DNA from: Cryomorphaceae bacterium
GTDB taxonomy: Bacteria; Bacteroidota; Bacteroidia; Flavobacteriales; Flavobacteriaceae
NCBI GenBank assembly: GCA_003331265.1
Contig: QOPV01000001.1
Location: 54,489-118,488 of the forward strand
DNA length: 64,000 nucleotides
Direction of reading: 5' to 3'
A program made the translations under genes and the position numbers. Shown piece by piece: positions 1-8,877 of this stretch. Positions within the stretch are counted from its first letter, which is position 1. Each line of letters begins with the position of its first letter. The notes under the pieces were generated by a model. The model did no database searches. It was not told where the DNA came from and saw nothing but the letters and a program-made list of their open reading frames with translations.

Positions 1-723
1 ATTGAATATTCTAGACCTTCAATGCGTGGAAGAAAAATTTTTGGAGGTTTAATCCCCTATGGTGAAATTTGGAGAACTGGAGCAAATCAAAATTCAAAAA
101 TAACTTTTAGTGAGGATATAAAAATAGGAGATGTAAAAGTTGTAAAAGGTACTTATTCCATATATACAAAACCTTCAATTAAATTTTGGGAATTAATATT
201 ATATAAAAAATCAGATAATTGGGGATTGCCAAGAAATTGGGACGAAAGTTTAATTGCATTAAACTTAAAAGTTGACTCAAATGAACTGCCATTTTCAATA
301 GAAACTTTCACCATTGCTATAAACAATTTAAACAATAATGGAGCAACTTTAGATTTTTATTGGGAAAACACAATAGTTTCTTTCAAAATAAATACATTAA
401 ATAGAGAAAAAGTAATTTCCGACATAAAAAAAGCATTAAATAATAATCCTAAATCTCAAGATTATTACAAAGCAGCTGTTTTTTATTTGGAGGAAAATTT
501 GGATATTAATCTTGCTAAAAAATGGATTGATAGATGCTTTGAATTAAGAAAAGATACACCATACTGGATGTTACAAAAAAAATCTTTAATTTATTTAGCA
601 TATGGTGATAAAGATCAAGCTTTGAAAATTGCAAATGAAGGACTTGCAATTGCCAAAGAAACTAAAATAAAAGATTCAATTAAAATGTTAAGTGATACAG
701 TGGCTTATATATTAAATAATTAG
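1..723 (+). CDS. DUF2911-family protein with C-terminal TPR-like helical region (5' end cut by window edge)
   Basis: The frame is open from nt 1 (IEYSRPSMRGRKIFGGLIPYGEIWRTGANQNS...). This resembles the conserved core of DUF2911 proteins, so the ATG at 22 is probably internal. Confidence 0.55.
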   Translation: MEYSRPSMRGRKIFGGLIPYGEIWRTGANQNSKITFSEDIKIGDVKVVKGTYSIYTKPSIKFWELILYKKSDNWGLPRNWDESLIALNLKVDSNELPFSIETFTIAINNLNNNGATLDFYWENTIVSFKINTLNREKVISDIKKALNNNPKSQDYYKAAVFYLEENLDINLAKKWIDRCFELRKDTPYWMLQKKSLIYLAYGDKDQALKIANEGLAIAKETKIKDSIKMLSDTVAYILNN

Positions 724-2400
724 TTTATTTTTTTTATTAAAAAAATTAATAAATAAGGATAAAATGATTGTTAACATTGCTCCTATAAAATTTAACCATA
801 AATATCCAATATCTATGAAACCGTAGATCATAAATATTGATATTTGAGACATACCTGCTGCATAAAAAACTTCATTTCCTTTTATTTTTTTAATAAAAAA
901 AGCAATCAGAAAAATACCTAGTATTGTTCCATAAAAAATAGAACCTATTATGTTAACTAATTGAATTAAATTTTCAAATAATGTTCCGAAACTTGCAAAT
1001 ATTATTGCAATAATGCCCCACATTAATGTAAACCATTTAGAAGCATTAACATAATGTTTTTTTGATTTTGGAATTTTTTGATTTCGTTTATATAAATCAA
1101 TTACGGTGGTAGCTGATAATGCATTAAGTTCTGATGCAGTTGAAGACATAGCTGCACTAAGTATCACAGCTAACAAAAGTCCAATAATTCCTTTTGGCAA
1201 AAAATTTATTATAAAATATATAAAAACATAGTCCTTATCATTATTTTCAATTTTAGAATTACTCTTTTTAATTATTTGCTTCACAGCTTCTCTTTGCTCT
1301 TTTTCTTTTCTCTGTAATTCTACTATTTGATTTTCAATTTCAAGGGTAGGTTGTTTATACTTTTTTTTATCTATAAAATCAATTTGTAGTTTTCTTTTGT
1401 TGTTTTTTGTTAGATTATAATTTTCATTTAATTTTTGAAATTTATCTTTTTCATGTTTTTTTAAATATTCAATCGCTTGTGGGTTAAAATGAATTGGAGC
1501 AGAATTAAATTCAAAAAAAACAAATACCATAACTCCAACAAACAAGATGAAAAATTGCATAGGAATTTTAAAAACCGCGTTAAATAAAAGTCCTAGTTGA
1601 CTTTCTTTAATAGATTTTCCAGATAAATATCTTTGAACTTGACTTTGATCTGTTCCAAAATAGGAGAGAGCCAAAAATAAACCTCCAGTTATACCACTCC
1701 AAAAAGTATATCTTTCATTTAGGTCTAAAGAAAAATCTAGAACTTTCATTTTTCCACCTACACCAGCAATATCAATTGCATTGTAGAAATCAATATTTGG
1801 AGGAAGTGAATTTAGTATTATGAAAAATGCAATAAACATTCCACTCATTATTACAAACATCTGCTGTTTCTGAGTTGTACTTACTGCCTGAGTTCCACCA
1901 CTTACAGTGTAAATTATTACTAAGGTCCCTATAGCAATATTTAAAAGTTTTAAATCCCATCCCAAAACAGAGGACAATATTATGGCAGGAGCATAAATAG
2001 TTATACCTGCAGCCAGTCCTCTTTGAACTAAAAATAATATGGCAGCTAATGTTCTAGTTTTGAGATCAAATCTTTGTTCTAAAAATTCATATGCAGTATA
2101 AACTTTTAATTTATGGTATATAGGTATAAATACCATACAAATAATAATCATTGCAAGGGGAATTCCAAAATAAAACTGAACAAAAGTCATTCCATCATTA
2201 TAGGCTTGTCCTGGCGTTGATAAAAAAGTAATTGCACTAGCTTGAGTGGCCATTACTGATAACCCTATAGTCCACCAATTGGATGAATTACCTCCCTTTA
2301 AATAGTCGTTTAGGTTTTTACTATTTCTAGTTTTAATTACACCATAGCTAACTATAAAAACTAACGTGCTAACTAAAATTATCCAATCAATTTCTTCCAT
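712..2400 (-). CDS. Sodium:solute symporter (SSF family) with a long charged loop insertion
   Basis: 562 aa and multi-TM. SSF-like segments are present (GGNSSNWWTIGLSVMATQASAITFLSTPGQAY, YTVSGGTQAV, DQSQVQRYLS). A Lys/Glu-rich insertion spans about residues 305-391. Confidence 0.8.
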   Translation of the reverse strand: MEEIDWIILVSTLVFIVSYGVIKTRNSKNLNDYLKGGNSSNWWTIGLSVMATQASAITFLSTPGQAYNDGMTFVQFYFGIPLAMIIICMVFIPIYHKLKVYTAYEFLEQRFDLKTRTLAAILFLVQRGLAAGITIYAPAIILSSVLGWDLKLLNIAIGTLVIIYTVSGGTQAVSTTQKQQMFVIMSGMFIAFFIILNSLPPNIDFYNAIDIAGVGGKMKVLDFSLDLNERYTFWSGITGGLFLALSYFGTDQSQVQRYLSGKSIKESQLGLLFNAVFKIPMQFFILFVGVMVFVFFEFNSAPIHFNPQAIEYLKKHEKDKFQKLNENYNLTKNNKRKLQIDFIDKKKYKQPTLEIENQIVELQRKEKEQREAVKQIIKKSNSKIENNDKDYVFIYFIINFLPKGIIGLLLAVILSAAMSSTASELNALSATTVIDLYKRNQKIPKSKKHYVNASKWFTLMWGIIAIIFASFGTLFENLIQLVNIIGSIFYGTILGIFLIAFFIKKIKGNEVFYAAGMSQISIFMIYGFIDIGYLWLNFIGAMLTIILSLFINFFNKKNKLII

Positions 2401-2521
2401 TTTTATGAAAATAAGTTTGTGATAATATTAAAAAATATAATATATGTGATATTAATAATTATAATGATAGTATATGATTTCTTCCATTTGTACATTTTGT
2501 TCTTATTTATATTTTAAAAAA

Positions 2522-3109
2522 TCATAATTTCATTTTTTCTATAGTTTCACAGAACAGGCTTGTTGGAAAACCTAAAACATTGTTATAGCAACCTTCGATT
2601 TTTTTAACCCCAATATAACCTATTAAATCCTGTATTCCATAGCTTCCAGCTCTGTCTAAAACATCATATTTTTTTACATAGTAATTTATATCTTCTTTTT
2701 TTAAAATATTGAAATAAACCTTTGTTTCCTGATTCACTATTTTTTGTTGGTTTTTAAGTGAGATACAAATGGATGTAAAAACTTGATGTTTTTCCCCACT
2801 TAATTTTGCTAACATCTCCCTAGCTTCTTGTCTATTTTTTGGTTTTTCTATTGCTTTATCATTAAACCAAACTATAGTGTCTGACGTAATCAATAATTCA
2901 TTTTTTTTTAAATCATTTAAAAGTATAAGAGATTTTTTTTTTGATATGAAATCTGTTATTTGAGAGCCCTTAAGTTTATTAGGATAGGATTCTTTAATAT
3001 TGTGGGTGATGATTTTGAAATTTATTTCTAATCCCTTTAAAAGTTCATGTCTTCTTTTTGAACTGGAAGCTAGTAATACCTTATAGTTTTTTAGATAATC
3101 AGAAATCAT
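2522..3109 (-). CDS. maf: Maf-like nucleoside triphosphate pyrophosphatase (septum formation protein Maf)
   Basis: 195 aa. The N-terminus LASSSKRRHELLKGL, the SDT motif and GAGSYGIQ-like RAGSYGIQD are typical of Maf. Confidence 0.8.
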   Translation of the reverse strand: MISDYLKNYKVLLASSSKRRHELLKGLEINFKIITHNIKESYPNKLKGSQITDFISKKKSLILLNDLKKNELLITSDTIVWFNDKAIEKPKNRQEAREMLAKLSGEKHQVFTSICISLKNQQKIVNQETKVYFNILKKEDINYYVKKYDVLDRAGSYGIQDLIGYIGVKKIEGCYNNVLGFPTSLFCETIEKMKL

Positions 3110-3114
3110 AAGAT

Positions 3115-3636
3115 TTAAATATTCTGATTAGAATTTTTTAATTTCCAATTCTCTTGGACTTTTAGAGTTTGTTCAATAATATCTCTAACACACCCATGAC
3201 CCCCCTTAATTGGAGAAATATAATCAGAAACATCTCTAACTTGGGGAACTGCATCAAATGGGCAAGTACTTAAACCTACAACCAACATGGGACTTATATC
3301 AGGAATATCGTCCCCCATGTAAACAGTATCATCTTTTGATAGGTTATTGCTTTTCAGATAATTTTCTAAATCTTTTAATTTATTATTAGAACCTAAAAAA
3401 ATATTTTTCACGCCCAATCTATTTAATCTTAATCTAATTCCTTCATTTTTAGCTCCAGAAATAATGGCAATATTGTATCCAATTTCTATTGCATATTTCA
3501 CTGCAATTCCATCTTTTGTACTAAAACTTCTGGACTCATTTCCGACACTATCTACTGTTATTAATCCGTTAGTAAATACACCATCAATATCAAAAACAAA
3601 GGTTTTAATGGTATTAAGTTTTTCTTTATAATTCAT
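3115..3636 (-). CDS. kdsC: 3-deoxy-D-manno-octulosonate 8-phosphate phosphatase (HAD family, KdsC-like)
   Basis: 173 aa. HAD motif I FVFDIDGVFTNG and motif GDDIPD are present, and size and layout are typical of KdsC. It overlaps the upstream gene by 11 nt. Confidence 0.72.
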   Translation of the reverse strand: MNYKEKLNTIKTFVFDIDGVFTNGLITVDSVGNESRSFSTKDGIAVKYAIEIGYNIAIISGAKNEGIRLRLNRLGVKNIFLGSNNKLKDLENYLKSNNLSKDDTVYMGDDIPDISPMLVVGLSTCPFDAVPQVRDVSDYISPIKGGHGCVRDIIEQTLKVQENWKLKNSNQNI

Positions 3637-4390
3637 TTTTTGATTTTATGATTTCTTCAGTAAGTCTATTATAAACTTCAAAATACTTAGTTTCTTTCAA
3701 TAAATTTAAGTGTTTTTGAATTGTTATTTCATCATTTCTTATCGCAGGTCCAGTTTGAGCCTCTGATGGAGATAAATAATTTAATTTATCGGCAGTTTCT
3801 TTAATCAAAGGATTTAAAATATCTACATCAATATTTTGAGATTTAAGAATTTTTTCTGCTATTATATTCATGAAGTTAGAAAAGTTATTAGTAAATACAG
3901 CTGAGATATGAATCAATGTTCTTTGTTCACTACTGCAAACAACTACTTTTTTTGATAAAAGTGTACTGAGTTTTTTTATTTTATTTAACACTGAATTAGA
4001 GCTACCTTCAATTATGATAGGAATGTCTCTAAAGTTAGTTTTCTTTCTCTTACTAAACGTCTGCAAGGGATAGAGTACGCCATAATTTTTATGCTTCGAT
4101 AATTCATCCATATTTGTTGATCCTGAGCTATGAACAACAATACTACTTTTATCAAGACTTAACTCATCACTTACTTTTAAAATAGCACCGTCATTTACGC
4201 AAATAATATAAAAATCAGCCTTTTTAATTTCTTTTAAATTATAACAATAGGATATAGATTGCTTAAAGTTTTTTGGCAATTTTTTTTTTCTACCAAATAA
4301 TTGAACAAGGTTCAAGGTTTTGCTATTAAGAATAGCATTACAAAGATGATGAGAAACATTACCAGTTCCAATAATAACAATATTAAACAT
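3626..4390 (-). CDS. Rossmann-fold / DUF2520 domain protein
   Basis: N-terminal dinucleotide-binding motif IVIIGTGNVSHHL. C-terminal QTGPAIRNDEITIQKHL matches the DUF2520 signature. Confidence 0.62.
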   Translation of the reverse strand: MFNIVIIGTGNVSHHLCNAILNSKTLNLVQLFGRKKKLPKNFKQSISYCYNLKEIKKADFYIICVNDGAILKVSDELSLDKSSIVVHSSGSTNMDELSKHKNYGVLYPLQTFSKRKKTNFRDIPIIIEGSSNSVLNKIKKLSTLLSKKVVVCSSEQRTLIHISAVFTNNFSNFMNIIAEKILKSQNIDVDILNPLIKETADKLNYLSPSEAQTGPAIRNDEITIQKHLNLLKETKYFEVYNRLTEEIIKSKNEL

Positions 4391-4463
4391 ATGTCAAAAA
4401 TACAAATAATGTATTATGATGTTAGACTAGATTTTTTTATTAGGTTTACAAAAAATTTATCAG

Positions 4464-4883
4464 ATGAGTAATAGAACATTTACCATGATTAAACCGGATG
4501 CAGTTGAACATGGACATATTGGATCAATTTTAGAAAAGATTAATTCGGCTGGATTTAAAATAATTGCAATGAAATATACTAAGCTGAGTCTTGAGAAAGC
4601 AGAAAAATTTTATGAGGTCCATAGCGAACGTCCATTTTTTAATGAATTAGTCACTTTTATGAGTAGGGGACCTATAGTGGCTGCTATTTTAGAGAAAGAA
4701 AACGCTGTTGAAGACTTTAGAAAATTAATAGGCTCAACTAATCCAGCTGAGGCAAAAGAAGGAACAATAAGAAATTTATATGCAACCTCAATGGGAGAAA
4801 ATGCAGTCCACGGGTCAGATAGTGATGAAAATGCAGCCATTGAAGGCTCTTTTCATTTTAATTCTTCTGAAATCCTATCTTAA
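4464..4883 (+). CDS. ndk: Nucleoside diphosphate kinase
   Basis: [12 protein letters not shown] at the N-terminus and the active-site region NAVHGSDS. 139 aa. Confidence 0.95.
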   Translation: MSNRTFTMIKPDAVEHGHIGSILEKINSAGFKIIAMKYTKLSLEKAEKFYEVHSERPFFNELVTFMSRGPIVAAILEKENAVEDFRKLIGSTNPAEAKEGTIRNLYATSMGENAVHGSDSDENAAIEGSFHFNSSEILS

Positions 4884-5168
4884 AACTATTTTATTAATAA
4901 TCTTAGTTCCTATTTCATCATTAATTAAGTCAATGATTTTTTGTTTTCCATAGCTAAGCTCTTGTCTTAGAACTGATGAGGACAGACTTACATATAAAGT
5001 TTTATTTTTTAAGTGAATTTCTGTAGTATAAGAATTAACATTTACACCCATGGTTTTTTCCCATAAACTTTGAACTTTTACATTATTTAAACCACTTTTT
5101 AAAGAACTTTTATCAATCAAATTATTTAAAACTGATTTTAAGCTTTTTGTATCAAAGTTTCTTTTCAT
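4875..5168 (-). CDS. DUF721-family protein (recF-associated)
   Basis: 97 aa. It starts in a 4-nt overlap with the recF stop, the position usually occupied by DUF721 proteins. The sequence resembles that family (SLWEKTMG..., [19 protein letters not shown]). Confidence 0.6.
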   Translation of the reverse strand: MKRNFDTKSLKSVLNNLIDKSSLKSGLNNVKVQSLWEKTMGVNVNSYTTEIHLKNKTLYVSLSSSVLRQELSYGKQKIIDLINDEIGTKIINKIVLR

Positions 5169-6253
5169 AATTCAAACATTTTATATGAGGAATTTATTTT
5201 CTTAATGATATTTTCAGTCCTATTATAATCAGTATCTGAAATAAATAACTGCCCAAACTGATCATTATTTACTAACTGAATTAATTGTTGAACTCTTTTG
5301 TTATCTAACTTATCAAAAATATCATCTAACAGTAAAATTGGTGAGGAATTAGATTCTGTTTTTAAATAATCAAATTGAGCTAGTTTTAAAGAAATTAGAA
5401 AAGACTTTTGCTGCCCTTGACTACCAAATTTTTTAATTGGGAAACCATCAATTTCAAAAATTAGATCATCTTTATGTATCCCACAGCTAGTATATTGAAT
5501 TATTCTATCTTTTTCTAAACTATTTTCTAATAATGAATCTAATGATTCGTGGTTTAATTGACTTTCATAAGAAATATTTACTTTTTCCTTATTTTGACTA
5601 ATAGAATTATAACGATCAACAAAAACTGGAACAAAATTTTTAAAAAAATCTAATCTTATTTTATAAATAGGTAAACTAAGTTCTGACAGTTGATCATCGT
5701 AAACCTTTAATATTGAAATATCGAATGTATTATTTTTTTTAAAATATTTTAAAAGAGCATTTCTTTGCGACAAGATTTTTTGGTAACTAATTATTTGATT
5801 TAAATATGTTTTATTGTTTTGAGAAATCACATTATCTATAAATTTTCTTCTATTTGAACTTCCTTCTTGAATTAAATCTCTATCGTAAGGAGATATCATA
5901 ACCACAGGTATTAATCCTATATGATCTGAAAATTTCTTATATATTTTCCCATTTCTTTTAACAGTTTTCTTTTTACCTTTTTTTAAGCTGTTAATAATGT
6001 TTTCAGATTTTTCTCCTTTTTTAAAATCCCCCTCAATGACCATAAATTCTGCTTTATGATTAATCGATTGTGAACTTAAAGAATGAAAGTAACTTTTGGT
6101 CATCGCTAGATGATAAATGGAATCAAGCACATTAGTTTTTCCCACACCATTATCTCCAACAAAACAATTAATTTTTTTATCTAAATCAAAAGATTCAGCA
6201 TCAAAGTTTTTGTAATTTACAAGAGATAGTTTGTTTAAAATTAATGCCTTCAT
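5165..6253 (-). CDS. recF: DNA replication and repair protein RecF
   Basis: Walker A GDNGVGKTNVLDSI, SMC-like signature FGSQGQQKSF, and Walker B LLLDDIFDKLD. Confidence 0.9.
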   Translation of the reverse strand: MKALILNKLSLVNYKNFDAESFDLDKKINCFVGDNGVGKTNVLDSIYHLAMTKSYFHSLSSQSINHKAEFMVIEGDFKKGEKSENIINSLKKGKKKTVKRNGKIYKKFSDHIGLIPVVMISPYDRDLIQEGSSNRRKFIDNVISQNNKTYLNQIISYQKILSQRNALLKYFKKNNTFDISILKVYDDQLSELSLPIYKIRLDFFKNFVPVFVDRYNSISQNKEKVNISYESQLNHESLDSLLENSLEKDRIIQYTSCGIHKDDLIFEIDGFPIKKFGSQGQQKSFLISLKLAQFDYLKTESNSSPILLLDDIFDKLDNKRVQQLIQLVNNDQFGQLFISDTDYNRTENIIKKINSSYKMFEL

Positions 6254-6369
6254 TATTTAAATTGCAAGAGATATTTACCAACTTACATGCAAATTATATA
6301 AAATAATTAGTTTTTTCCCCTTATTCATTGGAATAAAATTTTATTTTTACGCAATTATTAAAAATTAAT

Positions 6370-7128
6370 ATGGCAACCTATAAAAAAAAGGGATCTAAAT
6401 CTAAAAACAAGGGTTTCGACTCTTCTAGTAAAGAAAGTACAACAGCAGAAGTTTTTGAAACTTTAGATGTTAGTGCGTCCAGAACTGAACGTATTGTAGC
6501 TAAATATCAAAATTACATTATTGGTTTTGTTGCTATAGCAATAATTACAGTTCTTGGATATTTAGGTTATGAAAATTTAATTCTTCAGCCCAAATCTGAA
6601 GAAGCAAATAATGAGCTTTTTACCGCACAAAATTATTTTAATCAAGCCCTTAGTAATGAAGAAAAAAGCGATTCCTTATTTTTATTATCTCTTAATGGTG
6701 GAGAGGGTAAATATGGCTTTTTAGATATAATTAAAAATTACTCAGGAACAGATGCTGCTAACCTTTCCTTATACAGTGCTGGAATGGCTTATTATAATTT
6801 AAATGATTTTGAAAATTCAATTGATTTTTTACAAGATTTTATAAGTGAAGATGAAGTTTTAAAATCTTTAGCATTGGGGGCTATAGGTGATTCATTTGCT
6901 GAGCTTGATCAGTTAGAAGATGCTTTAGATGCATATGTCTCCGCAGCAAGCTCAAGTTCTAATAATTACACTTCTCCAAAATTTTTATTAAAAGCGGGTA
7001 ATATCGCTTCAATTTTAGGAGAAAAGTCTGCAGCTTTAAAGTTTTACAAAAAAATTAAAGAAGATTTTCCAAAATCCTCTGAATCTAATTTAATTGATAT
7101 TCAGATTGCTAAGAATTCAGTAAAATAA
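6370..7128 (+). CDS. Membrane-anchored tetratricopeptide-repeat protein (YfgM-like)
   Basis: Basic N-terminus, one TM helix (IIGFVAIAIITVLGYLGY), then TPR-like helices. It sits immediately upstream of ribH, as in many flavobacteria (recollected synteny). Confidence 0.55.
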   Translation: MATYKKKGSKSKNKGFDSSSKESTTAEVFETLDVSASRTERIVAKYQNYIIGFVAIAIITVLGYLGYENLILQPKSEEANNELFTAQNYFNQALSNEEKSDSLFLLSLNGGEGKYGFLDIIKNYSGTDAANLSLYSAGMAYYNLNDFENSIDFLQDFISEDEVLKSLALGAIGDSFAELDQLEDALDAYVSAASSSSNNYTSPKFLLKAGNIASILGEKSAALKFYKKIKEDFPKSSESNLIDIQIAKNSVK

Positions 7129-7133
7129 TAATA

Positions 7134-7598
7134 ATGTCTACAGAATCTTTTCAGATTGATATAAATCAAATTCCAGATGCAAATAATCTTAAAATTGGTA
7201 TAGTAGTTTCAAATTGGAATAGTAATATCACAAACAATTTGTTAAAAGGGAGTTTAGACCTTCTTTATTCAAAAAAAGTTATTAAGGATAATATTCAAAT
7301 AATGAATGTGCCAGGAAGTTTTGAGCTTGTTTATGGTTGTAAAAAAATGCAGGAAAAACAAGTTGATGTGGTCATAGCAATCGGAAGTGTTATTAAAGGA
7401 GAAACAAAACATTTTGAATTCATTTGTAACGCTACCTCTAATGGAATTAAAGATCTAAATGTAAATGGAAGATGTCCTGTAATATTTTGTGTGTTAACTG
7501 ATGATAATTTGAAACAATCCATTGCAAGAAGTGGTGGTGAGTTAGGAAATAAAGGAACAGAAGCTGCAATAGCTGCTATTAAGATGGCTATTATTTAA
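7134..7598 (+). CDS. ribH: 6,7-dimethyl-8-ribityllumazine synthase
   Basis: 154 aa. Lumazine synthase features are present: VVSNWNSNIT, VPGSFELV, IAIGSVIKGETKHFEF, and LGNKGTEAA near the C-terminus. Confidence 0.87.
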   Translation: MSTESFQIDINQIPDANNLKIGIVVSNWNSNITNNLLKGSLDLLYSKKVIKDNIQIMNVPGSFELVYGCKKMQEKQVDVVIAIGSVIKGETKHFEFICNATSNGIKDLNVNGRCPVIFCVLTDDNLKQSIARSGGELGNKGTEAAIAAIKMAII

Positions 7599-8037
7599 AA
7601 TATTTTCTAGGGACCAATAACATTCCAAAACATTCTCCATCCTCTTTTCCAATATGCTTGTGGTGCATTTTGTGCCCCCTTCTTATTGCCCTTGCGTATC
7701 TGTTATCTATATTTCTAAAAATTTTAAACCTTTGGTGAATAAATATATCGTGAACAATGAAATAGGCTAAACCATACAGAAAAATACCTATAGCAATTGG
7801 TAGACCAAGCCAAAAATCATATTCACCCCAAAGAACTGTAAAAAATATACTTATAGCTGCATATTGTAGAAAAAACATATCATTTCTTTCAAACCAAGAA
7901 TCGTGATCTTTTTTGTGGTGATCTTTGTGTAGGATCCATAAGAATCCGTGCATAATATATTTATGTGAAAACCATGCAACAAATTCCATAAAACAAAAAG
8001 TTGCTAAAACAGTAAAAATCCAAATAGCTGTATACAT
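7591..8037 (-). CDS. crtZ: Beta-carotene 3-hydroxylase (fatty acid hydroxylase superfamily)
   Basis: 148 aa membrane protein with His boxes HKDHHKKDH, HDIFIHQR and HKMHHKH. It directly follows crtB. Confidence 0.8.
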   Translation of the reverse strand: MYTAIWIFTVLATFCFMEFVAWFSHKYIMHGFLWILHKDHHKKDHDSWFERNDMFFLQYAAISIFFTVLWGEYDFWLGLPIAIGIFLYGLAYFIVHDIFIHQRFKIFRNIDNRYARAIRRGHKMHHKHIGKEDGECFGMLLVPRKYFK

Positions 8038-8877
8038 TTATAAAATATTAAGTCTGTATCGAACATATGATCTGGCCAAAACATTAACTTTTTGATAGTT
8101 TGGAACCCTTATTCTCGATGATTTTATTTTTAATGGATGTGTTTTTCTTAATTTATTTAATAATTTTAGATAGTATTTATAAGCAGTATAAACTCCAAAT
8201 CTGGCAGATGAAGGAAGTTTAAAAATACCTTTTAATGCGTGTCTAAAATTTTTATCAATCTCATCTAAAATGATTTTTTTGGATGGTTCGTCAAATTCAT
8301 CAATATTAAGATTTGGAAAATAACTCCTATTTAAACCGTCATGATCAGCCTTTAGGTCTCTCAAAAAGTTAACTTTTTGAAAAGCTGAACCTAAGGACAT
8401 AGCATACGGCCTTAAGTCATTGTACTGATTTTTATTTCCTTTAACAAATACTTTTAAGCACATCAATCCAACTACATCAGCTGAACCATAAACATATTGA
8501 TCAAATTCTTTTTTAGTTAGATATTTTTTTTTATCTAAGTCTAACTTCATGCTATTTAAAAAACTGTCAACTAATTCATAATCAATTTGATAATTATGAA
8601 CTGTTTTTTGAAAAGAATTTAAAATAGGATTAAGGCTTATTTTGTCTTCAATGGATTTTTTTAAATCTTTTTCAAAAAGATTTAAGAGCTCTTTTTTGTC
8701 ATAATTATGAAAGCTATCTACAATTTCGTCTGCAAATCTTACAAAACCATATATATTGTAAATATCTTGCCTGATTGAGCTATCTAACATTTTTGTTGCA
8801 AGAGTGAATGATGTACTGTAAGATTCAGTAACAATTCTAGAACAACTTTCAGATACTTGGTCAAATAGTTTTTTCAT
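8038..8877 (-). CDS. crtB: Phytoene synthase
   Basis: Squalene/phytoene synthase motifs YGFVRFADEIVD, YVYGSADVVG and NFLRDLKADH. It overlaps the crtI stop by 17 nt. Confidence 0.85.
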   Translation of the reverse strand: MKKLFDQVSESCSRIVTESYSTSFTLATKMLDSSIRQDIYNIYGFVRFADEIVDSFHNYDKKELLNLFEKDLKKSIEDKISLNPILNSFQKTVHNYQIDYELVDSFLNSMKLDLDKKKYLTKKEFDQYVYGSADVVGLMCLKVFVKGNKNQYNDLRPYAMSLGSAFQKVNFLRDLKADHDGLNRSYFPNLNIDEFDEPSKKIILDEIDKNFRHALKGIFKLPSSARFGVYTAYKYYLKLLNKLRKTHPLKIKSSRIRVPNYQKVNVLARSYVRYRLNIL

